Below, in pieces: positions 46,091-52,405 of a DNA stretch of 52,405 nt. The position numbers and the translations under genes were made by a program. The stretch lies in the NCBI GenBank assembly GCA_017462615.1, contig JAFTQT010000121.1:1-52405 (forward strand). Reading direction: 5' to 3'. Below the pieces are notes generated by a model. It did not search any database, was not told where the DNA came from, and saw nothing but the letters and a program-made list of their open reading frames with translations. This DNA is from Clostridia bacterium (GTDB lineage: Bacteria > Bacillota > Clostridia > Oscillospirales > CAG-272). Position 1 is the first letter of the stretch. Every line of letters starts with the position of its first letter.

Positions 46091-47026
46091 TCAGATTTTT
46101 TCCGCCACGCGCAGCTTCGCGCTGCGGGAACGGGGATTTTCAGTCAATTCCGCGTCACTGGGCAGAATGGGCTTTTTTGAAACAATGCGAAGCTGCGGCT
46201 TATTTCCGCACACGCATATTGGCAAGCTTTTGGGACAAGTGCACCCTGTCGAAAGCTTTGCAAAGGTTTGCTTGGTAATGCGATCCTCCAGCGAGTGGAA
46301 GGTGATCACGCAAAGTCTACCTCCCTGCCGCATACGTGCCGTCGCACTGCGAAGCGCCGGCTCGATGACGTCAAGCTCACCGTTTACCTCGATGCGAATC
46401 GCCTGAAAGGAACGCTTGGCGGGATGATGCCCACCTTCTCTTGCGGCGGCTGGAATCGCGGATTTGATCAGATCGGAAAGTTCGCCGGTGGTCTCAATGG
46501 GCCGCACGGCACGTCTTTCCACAATTTTTGCGGCAATGCGCGCGGCAAAACGTTCCTCACCGTAAGTGTACAAAATATTCTTGATATCGGCTTCGCTATA
46601 GGTATTGACTACAGCATAAGCAGATTTTTCTTTGCGCTGATCCATGCGCATGTCCAATGGCGCGTCGGATTGATACGCAAAGCCACGATCGGGAGTATCT
46701 AACTGATAAGAAGAAACGCCAAGATCCAGCAGTACACCGTCGATCTTTTCGATACCGAGATTATCCAGAACCGTACTGATCTCAGAAAAGTTGCTGCGCA
46801 CCACCTGGGCACGATCTCCCAAGGGTGCAAGTCTTTCGCTTGCTGCTTTGATTGCGGCTGCGTCCTGGTCGATAGCGATCAGCTTACCGGTGGTCAAGCG
46901 GCTGGCAATAGCGAAGGAATGACCTCCACCGCCCGCGGTACCGTCCACATAGATGCCGTCCGGCCGAATAGCAAGGCCTTCCATGCATTCGTCCAGCAGT
47001 ACAGATTTATGAACGAAACTTTCCAT
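46091..47026 (-). CDS. rsmH: 16S rRNA (cytosine1402-N4)-methyltransferase
   Basis: Contains [13 protein letters not shown]...[22 protein letters not shown] and FHSLEDR. The ATG at 47024-47026 sits next to the mraZ stop. Confidence 0.95.
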   Translation of the reverse strand: MESFVHKSVLLDECMEGLAIRPDGIYVDGTAGGGGHSFAIASRLTTGKLIAIDQDAAAIKAASERLAPLGDRAQVVRSNFSEISTVLDNLGIEKIDGVLLDLGVSSYQLDTPDRGFAYQSDAPLDMRMDQRKEKSAYAVVNTYSEADIKNILYTYGEERFAARIAAKIVERRAVRPIETTGELSDLIKSAIPAAAREGGHHPAKRSFQAIRIEVNGELDVIEPALRSATARMRQGGRLCVITFHSLEDRITKQTFAKLSTGCTCPKSLPICVCGNKPQLRIVSKKPILPSDAELTENPRSRSAKLRVAEKI

Positions 47027-47027
47027 A

Positions 47028-47462
47028 TCAAAGACCGCTTTCTTCCAATGCGGCGCGAATAGCATCCAGATCCATGGCGGAAACGCGCTCGTCGTAAAGT
47101 TTCTCGGACCAGATCTCGCCAAAATCGCCGCAACCGACGATAACCAGATTGCGCTCGTCCTCGCCACCGATCTTGGCAAAATCAAGAAGGCCGTTGGGCA
47201 GCAGCACGCGACCGAGAGAGTCGGGTGTTACCTGTGCTGCATCGCGATACAGAAACCAAAAGGTATCCTCCGCCACCTTACGGGGCAGCTTTTTGAGAGG
47301 CTCGATATATTCCTTCCAAGCCTCAGCGGAGTAAAAACGAAGGCAAGTGCCACGCACACTACGGACGATCATGAAATTTTCGCCCAACTCCTCACGGAGC
47401 TTTGCGGGAATGGAAACACGGTTTTTCGCATCAAGCGAATGACGATACTCGCCGGATAACAT
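47028..47462 (-). CDS. mraZ: Transcriptional regulator MraZ
   Basis: Two SpoVT/AbrB-like halves: [23 protein letters not shown] and [12 protein letters not shown]. Confidence 0.95.
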   Translation of the reverse strand: MLSGEYRHSLDAKNRVSIPAKLREELGENFMIVRSVRGTCLRFYSAEAWKEYIEPLKKLPRKVAEDTFWFLYRDAAQVTPDSLGRVLLPNGLLDFAKIGGEDERNLVIVGCGDFGEIWSEKLYDERVSAMDLDAIRAALEESGL

Positions 47463-47496
47463 ATCGCGTTCCTCCTTCCCTTTGGCTGGATTCTTT

Positions 47497-47531
47497 TACC
47501 ATTTCATAACATTTTTGCCCATTTCTTTCCA
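47497..47531 (-). promoter_or_regulatory. Candidate MraZ operator: four TGGNN-type direct repeats with exact 10-bp phasing
   Basis: Minus-strand repeats TGGAA (47527-47531), TGGGC (47517-47521), TGTTA (47507-47511) and TGGTA (47497-47501), immediately downstream of the -10. Confidence 0.5.
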
Positions 47532-47540
47532 CTTGACTAT

Positions 47541-47570
47541 ATTATAGCCCTTTTTCCGCCCTTTTGTCAA
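47541..47570 (-). promoter_or_regulatory. Sigma-A promoter of the dcw operon (Pmra)
   Basis: On the minus strand: TTGACA (47565-47570), 18 nt, TATAAT (47541-47546). Confidence 0.6.
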
Positions 47571-47635
47571 TACCAATAATGGAAAAACAACAATTTTTTT
47601 CAGAAAATATTTTACATTTTTCAGTTTTTCTGTTC

Positions 47636-47669
47636 CAAAAAAGAAAAATCGCGCAAAACATGGTGCGCG
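47636..47669 (-). terminator. Possible second (tandem) terminator after the TCS operon
   Basis: On the minus strand: CGCGCA-8 nt-TGCGCG followed by ATTTTTCTTTTTT. Confidence 0.4.
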
Positions 47670-47683
47670 TGGTAAAATTTTCT

Positions 47684-47725
47684 GCAAAAAATTCCCCCTC
47701 GGCACCAGGATACCAAAAGGGGGAA
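47684..47725 (-). terminator. Rho-independent terminator downstream of the 135-aa membrane protein gene
   Basis: Stem TTCCCCC / GGGGGAA (47692-47698 and 47719-47725) with a 20-nt loop and TTTTTT on the minus strand. Confidence 0.55.
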
Positions 47726-47741
47726 TGTTGCATCTTTCTTC

Positions 47742-48149
47742 CTATTTCATCAATTCGCCAGATAGTCGAATAATCTCCGGCGCAATTCTCTTTCGTTCTT
47801 TTTTCAGAATGTGATTATATGTGGGATATGCGAGTGAGATCAGCACGATACCAACTATGCCTACAAAAATGCCAAGCAACAGATTTGTTTTTTCGTGCAA
47901 GCCCAAAAGCCCCCCCAGGTTCGTCATAACAAGGCTCATACCGGTTCCCAGAATCAAGGCACCGATGATTCCCAGCACAAGAGAAACCACCGTGGCCCTT
48001 TGCGTCACCGACGCATCCAGTTGACGTAGCCGAGCCATTTTATTTTCCACCGGCTGGGGATCCGTATATTTTTGGCGTATCGCCCTTACCTCTTCTTGCA
48101 TTTCCGCAGAGTACGTATAGGAAAAGCTTTCCTGTTCCCTTTTCTCCAT
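47742..48149 (-). CDS. Small membrane protein: N-terminal helical cytoplasmic region plus 2 TM segments; uncharacterised
   Basis: 135 aa: SFSYTYSAEMQEEVRAIRQKY...KMARLRQLDASVTQ, then two hydrophobic helices. It directly abuts the upstream gene. Confidence 0.6.
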   Translation of the reverse strand: MEKREQESFSYTYSAEMQEEVRAIRQKYTDPQPVENKMARLRQLDASVTQRATVVSLVLGIIGALILGTGMSLVMTNLGGLLGLHEKTNLLLGIFVGIVGIVLISLAYPTYNHILKKERKRIAPEIIRLSGELMK

Positions 48150-49037
48150 TTAGACCTCCTCTCCCGCGTTCAACAGCTTCATCATTTTACTTCCCTTCCA
48201 AATCATATAAATTGCTATCGCGACAATAAAAGCAGACGTTCCCGCACCGGATGCCGCAAGTATCCAACGCCGCTCTGTAAATTTCATTGTAGCATCACCA
48301 AACGTGGTCAGCATCGTAGAGGCAAGGATCAGCATGGAAACGCAAGCGGAAGCAAGGCTGATAAACCAGGACGCGGCATATAATGGACTATTGTATTTTT
48401 GGTATTTTACTGTATTGATAATGGTAAGCGTAAGTGACGTAAAGGTATAGGCCGCAATGGCGATGGTGGTGATTTCGTGATGATGAAAGCTTCTGCTCCA
48501 ATACACCATAAAAAAGATCATCAAAGAAACCATCAGATTCATAACCAAAAATATCACGCCATAGGCTCGATACGCACGGTACTCATGCAGCACGTCCTTG
48601 TCATTTCCACGCTTGGCCACACCACGAAGCAAAAGGAATCGCATTACGGCAAGCGAGGCATAATATCCCGCAAGCGAACCGAACCATAGAGTGCGGTGCC
48701 AAATTCCCAGCCCAAGCTGCAGCGCTGCGTAAGCGATGTTCCAAGCAAAGGTCCCGTAAAGGGATATCTTCATCCTCCAAGCGGTGTCCTCCCGCCAACG
48801 CCGCGCATATTTGTTTTTCTCCCGAAAGGAAAGGAAGCCGCGTGCCAGCTGCGGCATGCGAAAGCAACAAATAGTCAGGGTATACGCGGCAACCACGTAG
48901 GAAGCAACGGCAATTGCCGATTCCGTTCCCACAGCCATCATTGCGTATATCAGAAACGCGGCTGAAACGGGCAAAAGCGTGATCACCACAGCAATGTGGG
49001 GCAGCAACAGCGCTCTCCCGAATTTCTTCCAATTCAT
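48150..49037 (-). CDS. Polytopic (about 8 TM) membrane protein; uncharacterised
   Basis: The ATG at 49035-49037 has an AGGAGG RBS and lies 1 nt after the histidine kinase stop. No soluble domain or recognisable motif was found. Confidence 0.6.
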   Translation of the reverse strand: MNWKKFGRALLLPHIAVVITLLPVSAAFLIYAMMAVGTESAIAVASYVVAAYTLTICCFRMPQLARGFLSFREKNKYARRWREDTAWRMKISLYGTFAWNIAYAALQLGLGIWHRTLWFGSLAGYYASLAVMRFLLLRGVAKRGNDKDVLHEYRAYRAYGVIFLVMNLMVSLMIFFMVYWSRSFHHHEITTIAIAAYTFTSLTLTIINTVKYQKYNSPLYAASWFISLASACVSMLILASTMLTTFGDATMKFTERRWILAASGAGTSAFIVAIAIYMIWKGSKMMKLLNAGEEV

Positions 49038-49038
49038 T

Positions 49039-50112
49039 TTAGCGCCTCCTGATTTTGACCGTAAAGACCGAGCCCTTGCCCAGCACGCTCTCCACGCTGA
49101 TCTCGCCCTGCATAATATCAACCACTCTCTTTACCAGTGCAAGCCCCAGTCCGTTACCGCTGACAGCGTGCGAGCGATCCCCTTGATAAAACTTTTCAAA
49201 AATATGAGCACCCACGTCCGCACTCATGCCGCAGCCGGTATCGCTGACCTTGATCACGGCGTATTCCTCCGTGGCGTTTAACGTAACGCCAACCGTACCG
49301 CCATCCGGCGTAAATTTGAAGGCATTGGAAAGTAAATTGCTCCACACGTGTCCCAAAAGCTCTGCGTCTGCCGCAACGATCACGTTTGGCGCAATATCCG
49401 TTTCAATGTCAATACCGGCCCTCTCCCACACGCTTTCGTATTGCAACAGGCATTCGCACAGCTGCTCTCCCAGATCAAATTCCGAAACCTCCGGATAGAT
49501 CTGCTGGTTTTCAAGACGGTTCAGCTTCAGAATATTGGTCATCATATCCGTCATACGGCGGCAGCCATCCGCGATCCCCTTGGCGTACTCCATTCGCTCC
49601 TCCTCCGTCAGATCCGGAGCCTGCAGCAGCGTACTGTAATTCTGCATCACTGCGAGCGGCGTTTTCATCTCGTGAGACACGTTGGCAATAAAATCCGTAC
49701 GCAGCGTTTCTACGCTGCCGAGCTCTTCGGCCATTTTGTTAAAACACTCAATGACGCGATTGAAGGTCTCATCTGTTCCCCACTTGCTCTGAAGCTTTAC
49801 CCGAACGGAAAAATCCCCCTTTATGATCTGCTCTGCGGCGTCGGTAATACGCTTTACAGGCCGCTCCACCGTGATCCTTCTACGCATTGCGTCGATGATT
49901 GTAAAAATAAGGCTCAAAAGTGCTACGTTCAAAAAGGTAACCTTGGCAGCCACGCTGATGTTTTCATCCGTTAATACAACTCCCAGGCTTTCCGACAAAA
50001 TAGACACAAACAGCATCGTGCAGCATGTAATGACGAAGGCCACCAGCAAGAAGAAGATAAAATAATGATTGAGCCAACGCAAAACGCCCTTGACTACTCC
50101 ACGTTTTTTCAT
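49039..50112 (-). CDS. Sensor histidine kinase: two TM segments with a short loop of about 14 aa, then HAMP, HisKA and HATPase_c
   Basis: H-box FIANVSHEMKTPLAV, N-box WSNLLSNAFKF, G-boxes DTGCGM and GNGLGLALV. Confidence 0.9.
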   Translation of the reverse strand: MKKRGVVKGVLRWLNHYFIFFLLVAFVITCCTMLFVSILSESLGVVLTDENISVAAKVTFLNVALLSLIFTIIDAMRRRITVERPVKRITDAAEQIIKGDFSVRVKLQSKWGTDETFNRVIECFNKMAEELGSVETLRTDFIANVSHEMKTPLAVMQNYSTLLQAPDLTEEERMEYAKGIADGCRRMTDMMTNILKLNRLENQQIYPEVSEFDLGEQLCECLLQYESVWERAGIDIETDIAPNVIVAADAELLGHVWSNLLSNAFKFTPDGGTVGVTLNATEEYAVIKVSDTGCGMSADVGAHIFEKFYQGDRSHAVSGNGLGLALVKRVVDIMQGEISVESVLGKGSVFTVKIRRR

Positions 50113-50780
50113 TTAATCACCGCCTTGTAGCCAAGACCGTGCACAGTCTTGATCTCAAAATCCTCGCATTCCGAAAGCTTCTGCCGAAGCTTTGTCATAT
50201 ATACGTCCACGGCTCTCGGTGCCGTTTCAGTATCCGCATCCCAGAACTCATCCATCAGCTGCGTTCTGGTAAAGGTCTTTTTGGGATAGCTGAGCAGCTT
50301 GTAAAGAATATTGAATTCACGATTGGTCAGCGAGATCTCCTCCCCATCAAGGCAGGCAGTACGTTCGTCGGCATCCATTACAAAATGCCCGATCTCCAGC
50401 TTGCGACTGGCGGAAATTTTGGCACGCCGCAGCAATGCGCCAATGCGCAAAAGCAATTCGTCCAGATCAATGGGCTTGACCATATAATCATCCACCCCAA
50501 TGCGAAAGCCCCGTTGCTTTGAAGCGAGATCATCCCGCGCTGTCATGAAAAGGATGGGAATGTTCTCGTTCAGCTCCCGTACGTTCCGCGCGAATTCAAA
50601 CCCATCGATGCCGGGCATCATAACATCTGATATAATGAGATCGAACATATGCTCATACAGCGCGTCGTAAGCCTCGTTGGCGCCCAGGCATCCCATCGGC
50701 TCGTATCCGCCGTGCTCCAGAAAGGAACAAACGGTTTTGTTCAGATCCTTGTCGTCCTCTACAACTAATATCTTAAACAT
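50109..50780 (-). CDS. OmpR/PhoB-family response regulator
   Basis: Receiver domain (ILVVEDD, DLIISDVMMPG, phospho-acceptor Asp context) plus a winged-helix C-terminus (LTNREFNILYKLL...VDVYMTKLRQKL). The ATG at 50780 has a GGAGG RBS, and the gene overlaps the HK start by 4 nt. Confidence 0.92.
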   Translation of the reverse strand: MFKILVVEDDKDLNKTVCSFLEHGGYEPMGCLGANEAYDALYEHMFDLIISDVMMPGIDGFEFARNVRELNENIPILFMTARDDLASKQRGFRIGVDDYMVKPIDLDELLLRIGALLRRAKISASRKLEIGHFVMDADERTACLDGEEISLTNREFNILYKLLSYPKKTFTRTQLMDEFWDADTETAPRAVDVYMTKLRQKLSECEDFEIKTVHGLGYKAVIK

Positions 50781-50900
50781 TGCGCACCTCCGCACACTAC
50801 TGTCATGATATCATACAGTATAACACCCAAATGTTAAGGTTTTGTTTTGATTTAGAAATTTTTGAAAAATATCTTGCATTCGAATCACGTCGTATTCGCT

Positions 50901-50929
50901 ATAAAAAAAGCCACGCCCTCGCGTAGCCG
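50901..50929 (-). terminator. Rho-independent terminator downstream of the gp10-like gene
   Basis: On the minus strand: GGCTACGCG-AGG-GCGTGGCT (one G-U pair) followed by TTTTTTTAT. Confidence 0.6.
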
Positions 50930-50945
50930 TCTCTCTTTTTTATTT

Positions 50946-51359
50946 TTATGCGTTTTCCATGGATTCCTTTATGATCTGCTTGTATTCCTCGCCGTGCTCG
51001 GTGGCCGCAGGCTTCAAAAAAGGCCGTGAGGGCATCCGGGATGTGCCCATCTCCACGTAAGGCGCATACTCCACGTTGGTGCCAATGTAGACCTCGTTTT
51101 CTTCAACGCCGGAGCCGATGCGATCCATGTACGTGTTGCCCTCGTCGTCGCGGTAGGAAAAAGCCTCTCCCTCCCGATTTTTCACGGCGTAGGTGATGCT
51201 GTTACGGAGTCTGCCTGTGTCAACGGCCTTCTGCCGCGTGATCGCCTCCTTGGCGTGGGTCTCTGCTACCATTCCAATGGTTTCCAGCGCCCGCTCCATG
51301 GCCGCGTCAAACGCCCGCAGCACCTTACCGCTGTTGTCTGTGAATTTGATGCTGCTCAT
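50946..51359 (-). CDS. Phage HK97-gp10-family head-tail connector protein
   Basis: Contains DTGRLRNSITY...VYIGTNVEYAPYVEMGTSRMPSRPFLKPA, the family signature. The ATG overlaps the upstream ORF stop (ATGA), with a GAGGTGG RBS. Confidence 0.78.
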   Translation of the reverse strand: MSSIKFTDNSGKVLRAFDAAMERALETIGMVAETHAKEAITRQKAVDTGRLRNSITYAVKNREGEAFSYRDDEGNTYMDRIGSGVEENEVYIGTNVEYAPYVEMGTSRMPSRPFLKPAATEHGEEYKQIIKESMENA

Positions 51360-51544
51360 TCTTCGACCACCTCAAAAAATTCAAGAGGATACGCATATTC
51401 TTCTCCGAACCTATCAATAACGCTAATTACAGAATCTTTGTGCTGATATGCACTTACAATTCTATATCCGTCATAGACTTCTCCTACAATAAAACCATAT
51501 TTGTTTTCTTTTATGCACTTAGCTCTAATTTTATTGCTCGTCAA
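51356..51544 (-). CDS. 62-aa low-GC hypothetical protein (candidate immunity protein)
   Basis: TTG start 11 nt after the strong SD sequence AAAGGAGG, which is embedded in the end of the upstream gene. It overlaps that gene by 14 nt and the downstream gene by 4 nt. GC is about 35-40%. Confidence 0.5.
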   Translation of the reverse strand: MTSNKIRAKCIKENKYGFIVGEVYDGYRIVSAYQHKDSVISVIDRFGEEYAYPLEFFEVVEE

Positions 51545-52405
51545 TATAAAAGCGTCCTCCTTTCACTTTAACTTTGTATTCTACCTTTCCAATGTCCGGA
51601 TGCTGATACCAGTGCAATTCTACTTGCCTAATATTAGAATATTCGTCGTAAACTTCATAGATCGCTTTTTCTTTCTGCCAGCCTTCTGCACCGCAGTTGT
51701 ATTCGTCAACAAGGCGTTCAATATCATCGATCTTTCTTCCTGTTTTACATCCCTTACCTGCCATAGTATGGTCTGGTGGGAATATTGGTCGAGAACCTAT
51801 AACAAACTCGACGGGCGTATCGCTGTCCGGATAATTAACTATGGGATAACTGGGGGATTTGCCACCAATAGCTTTCTCCACCCTTTCACCATATATTTTA
51901 CCACTTTTCAAGTCTCTTGTCAACCCACTCTGCGCTGTTTTTTTCTTCACCAGCTCGTTTGCCAGCGGCCTGTTATCCTCGCTCTTGGTCTTCGTTTTCT
52001 TCCCATCAAAGCCCAGATATTTCACGCCAAGGGTGCACCGGCAGTTATAGACGTTGGAGGGATGCGCCGTGTGATCGCCCGGGAACATAATAGGCCCCAT
52101 CTCACTCTCAAAAGGCTCGTCCACCTCGGCAAACTGTCCGTCAAGCAAAGCGTGAGCGTGGCGGGTGCGCATATCGTAGGTGGCGATCCACTTACGCTTC
52201 AGCATCACGCCGTCCTTCCTTGCCCGCTCGTAGCTGTCCTGCCGCCCACGGTTCTCCGCCTCCATAGCCGTAAGAGAGTCGAACGCACAAGCCTTACGGC
52301 GAAAAATTTCTGCGTTTTTCGCCGTCCTTTGCCTTGCAAAGTACGTACTTGGCTGCGGCAAAGGCCAACAAAATCCACTATAAATTTTTTCGCCGTAAGG
52401 TGCGA
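51531..52405 (-). CDS. Phage MuF/SPP1-gp7-family minor head protein fused to a C-terminal domain of about 140 aa with unknown function; the 5' end lies outside the window
   Basis: The reading frame is open to the window edge. The MuF C-terminal signature reads WIATYDMRTRHAHALLDGQ...PFE...MFPGDHTAHPSNVYNCRCTL. A low-GC extension follows, ending ...ELHWYQHPDIGKVEYKVKVKGGRFYIDEQ. Confidence 0.75.
   Translation of the reverse strand, partial: APYGEKIYSGFCWPLPQPSTYFARQRTAKNAEIFRRKACAFDSLTAMEAENRGRQDSYERARKDGVMLKRKWIATYDMRTRHAHALLDGQFAEVDEPFESEMGPIMFPGDHTAHPSNVYNCRCTLGVKYLGFDGKKTKTKSEDNRPLANELVKKKTAQSGLTRDLKSGKIYGERVEKAIGGKSPSYPIVNYPDSDTPVEFVIGSRPIFPPDHTMAGKGCKTGRKIDDIERLVDEYNCGAEGWQKEKAIYEVYDEYSNIRQVELHWYQHPDIGKVEYKVKVKGGRFYIDEQ

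Larger units (their letters stand above)
50946..52405 (-). mobile_element. Phage-derived head-module fragment (prophage edge or remnant) continuing beyond the right window edge
   Basis: Three translationally coupled phage-type genes end abruptly at a terminator next to chromosomal two-component-system genes. No scaffold, capsid, tail, lysis or integrase genes lie on this side. Confidence 0.6.

Noticed and set aside
47463-47773. Three small ORFs (69, 63 and 69 aa) lie in the AT-rich spacer upstream of mraZ.
   Set aside because: The region is fully explained by the dcw promoter, the phased operator repeats and the terminators of the upstream operon. The ORF products are low-complexity K/F-rich with no RBS.
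1-52405. The window was searched for rRNA, tRNA, tmRNA, CRISPR arrays, IS elements, transposases and integrases.
   Set aside because: No cloverleaf-like or repeat-spacer structure was seen in any intergenic gap. All gaps are under 280 bp and are accounted for by promoters, terminators or the riboswitch. No transposase- or integrase-like ORF was seen.

Overview
This is a chromosomal segment of about 55% GC from a Firmicutes/Clostridia-type genome (gene content and order resemble Oscillospiraceae/Ruminococcaceae; this assignment is an inference). Almost all genes are on the minus strand.

Gene content from left to right:
- The 3' end of a GTP-dependent PEP carboxykinase gene.
- A small rhamnoside-utilisation cluster: RpiB-like isomerase, SGNH hydrolase, GH78 alpha-L-rhamnosidase and a divergent AraC regulator.
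- yitT-like gene and rplS.
- An NhaC-family transporter behind a lysine (L-box) riboswitch.
- A MOP-family flippase, yebC and argS.
- pmbA/tldD, tgt, mutL, mutS, a ylbF-like gene and miaB.
- topB, rqcH, a HAD-IIA hydrolase and a type II pantothenate kinase.
- A large MBL-fold lipoprotein, alaS, a low-GC small ORF and an M20 peptidase.
- A compact dcw cell-division cluster: mraZ-rsmH-ftsL-like-pbp-murE-murF-mraY-ftsW-murG, then a separately insulated ftsZ.
- A four-gene two-component-system plus membrane-protein operon.
- At the right edge, a phage-derived fragment: a MuF/SPP1-gp7 head protein with a low-GC C-terminal extension, a 62-aa coupled ORF, and an HK97-gp10-like gene.

No rRNA, tRNA, CRISPR array or IS element was seen.

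Most of the window is ordinary housekeeping DNA. The most system-like candidate is the MuF-fused putative polymorphic toxin with a candidate immunity gene at 51356-52405.

Other points worth a second look:
- The L-box-controlled NhaC transporter carries an N-terminal DnaJ-type zinc-finger module.
- rqcH has an apparent 1-nt frameshift at its 5' end.
- The dcw cluster has unusual architecture: no murD, ftsQ or ftsA, an internal terminator-like hairpin, and a phased TGGNN operator.
- An intramembrane-type histidine kinase operon includes two uncharacterised membrane proteins.

All functional calls come from motif recognition by eye. No database search was run.
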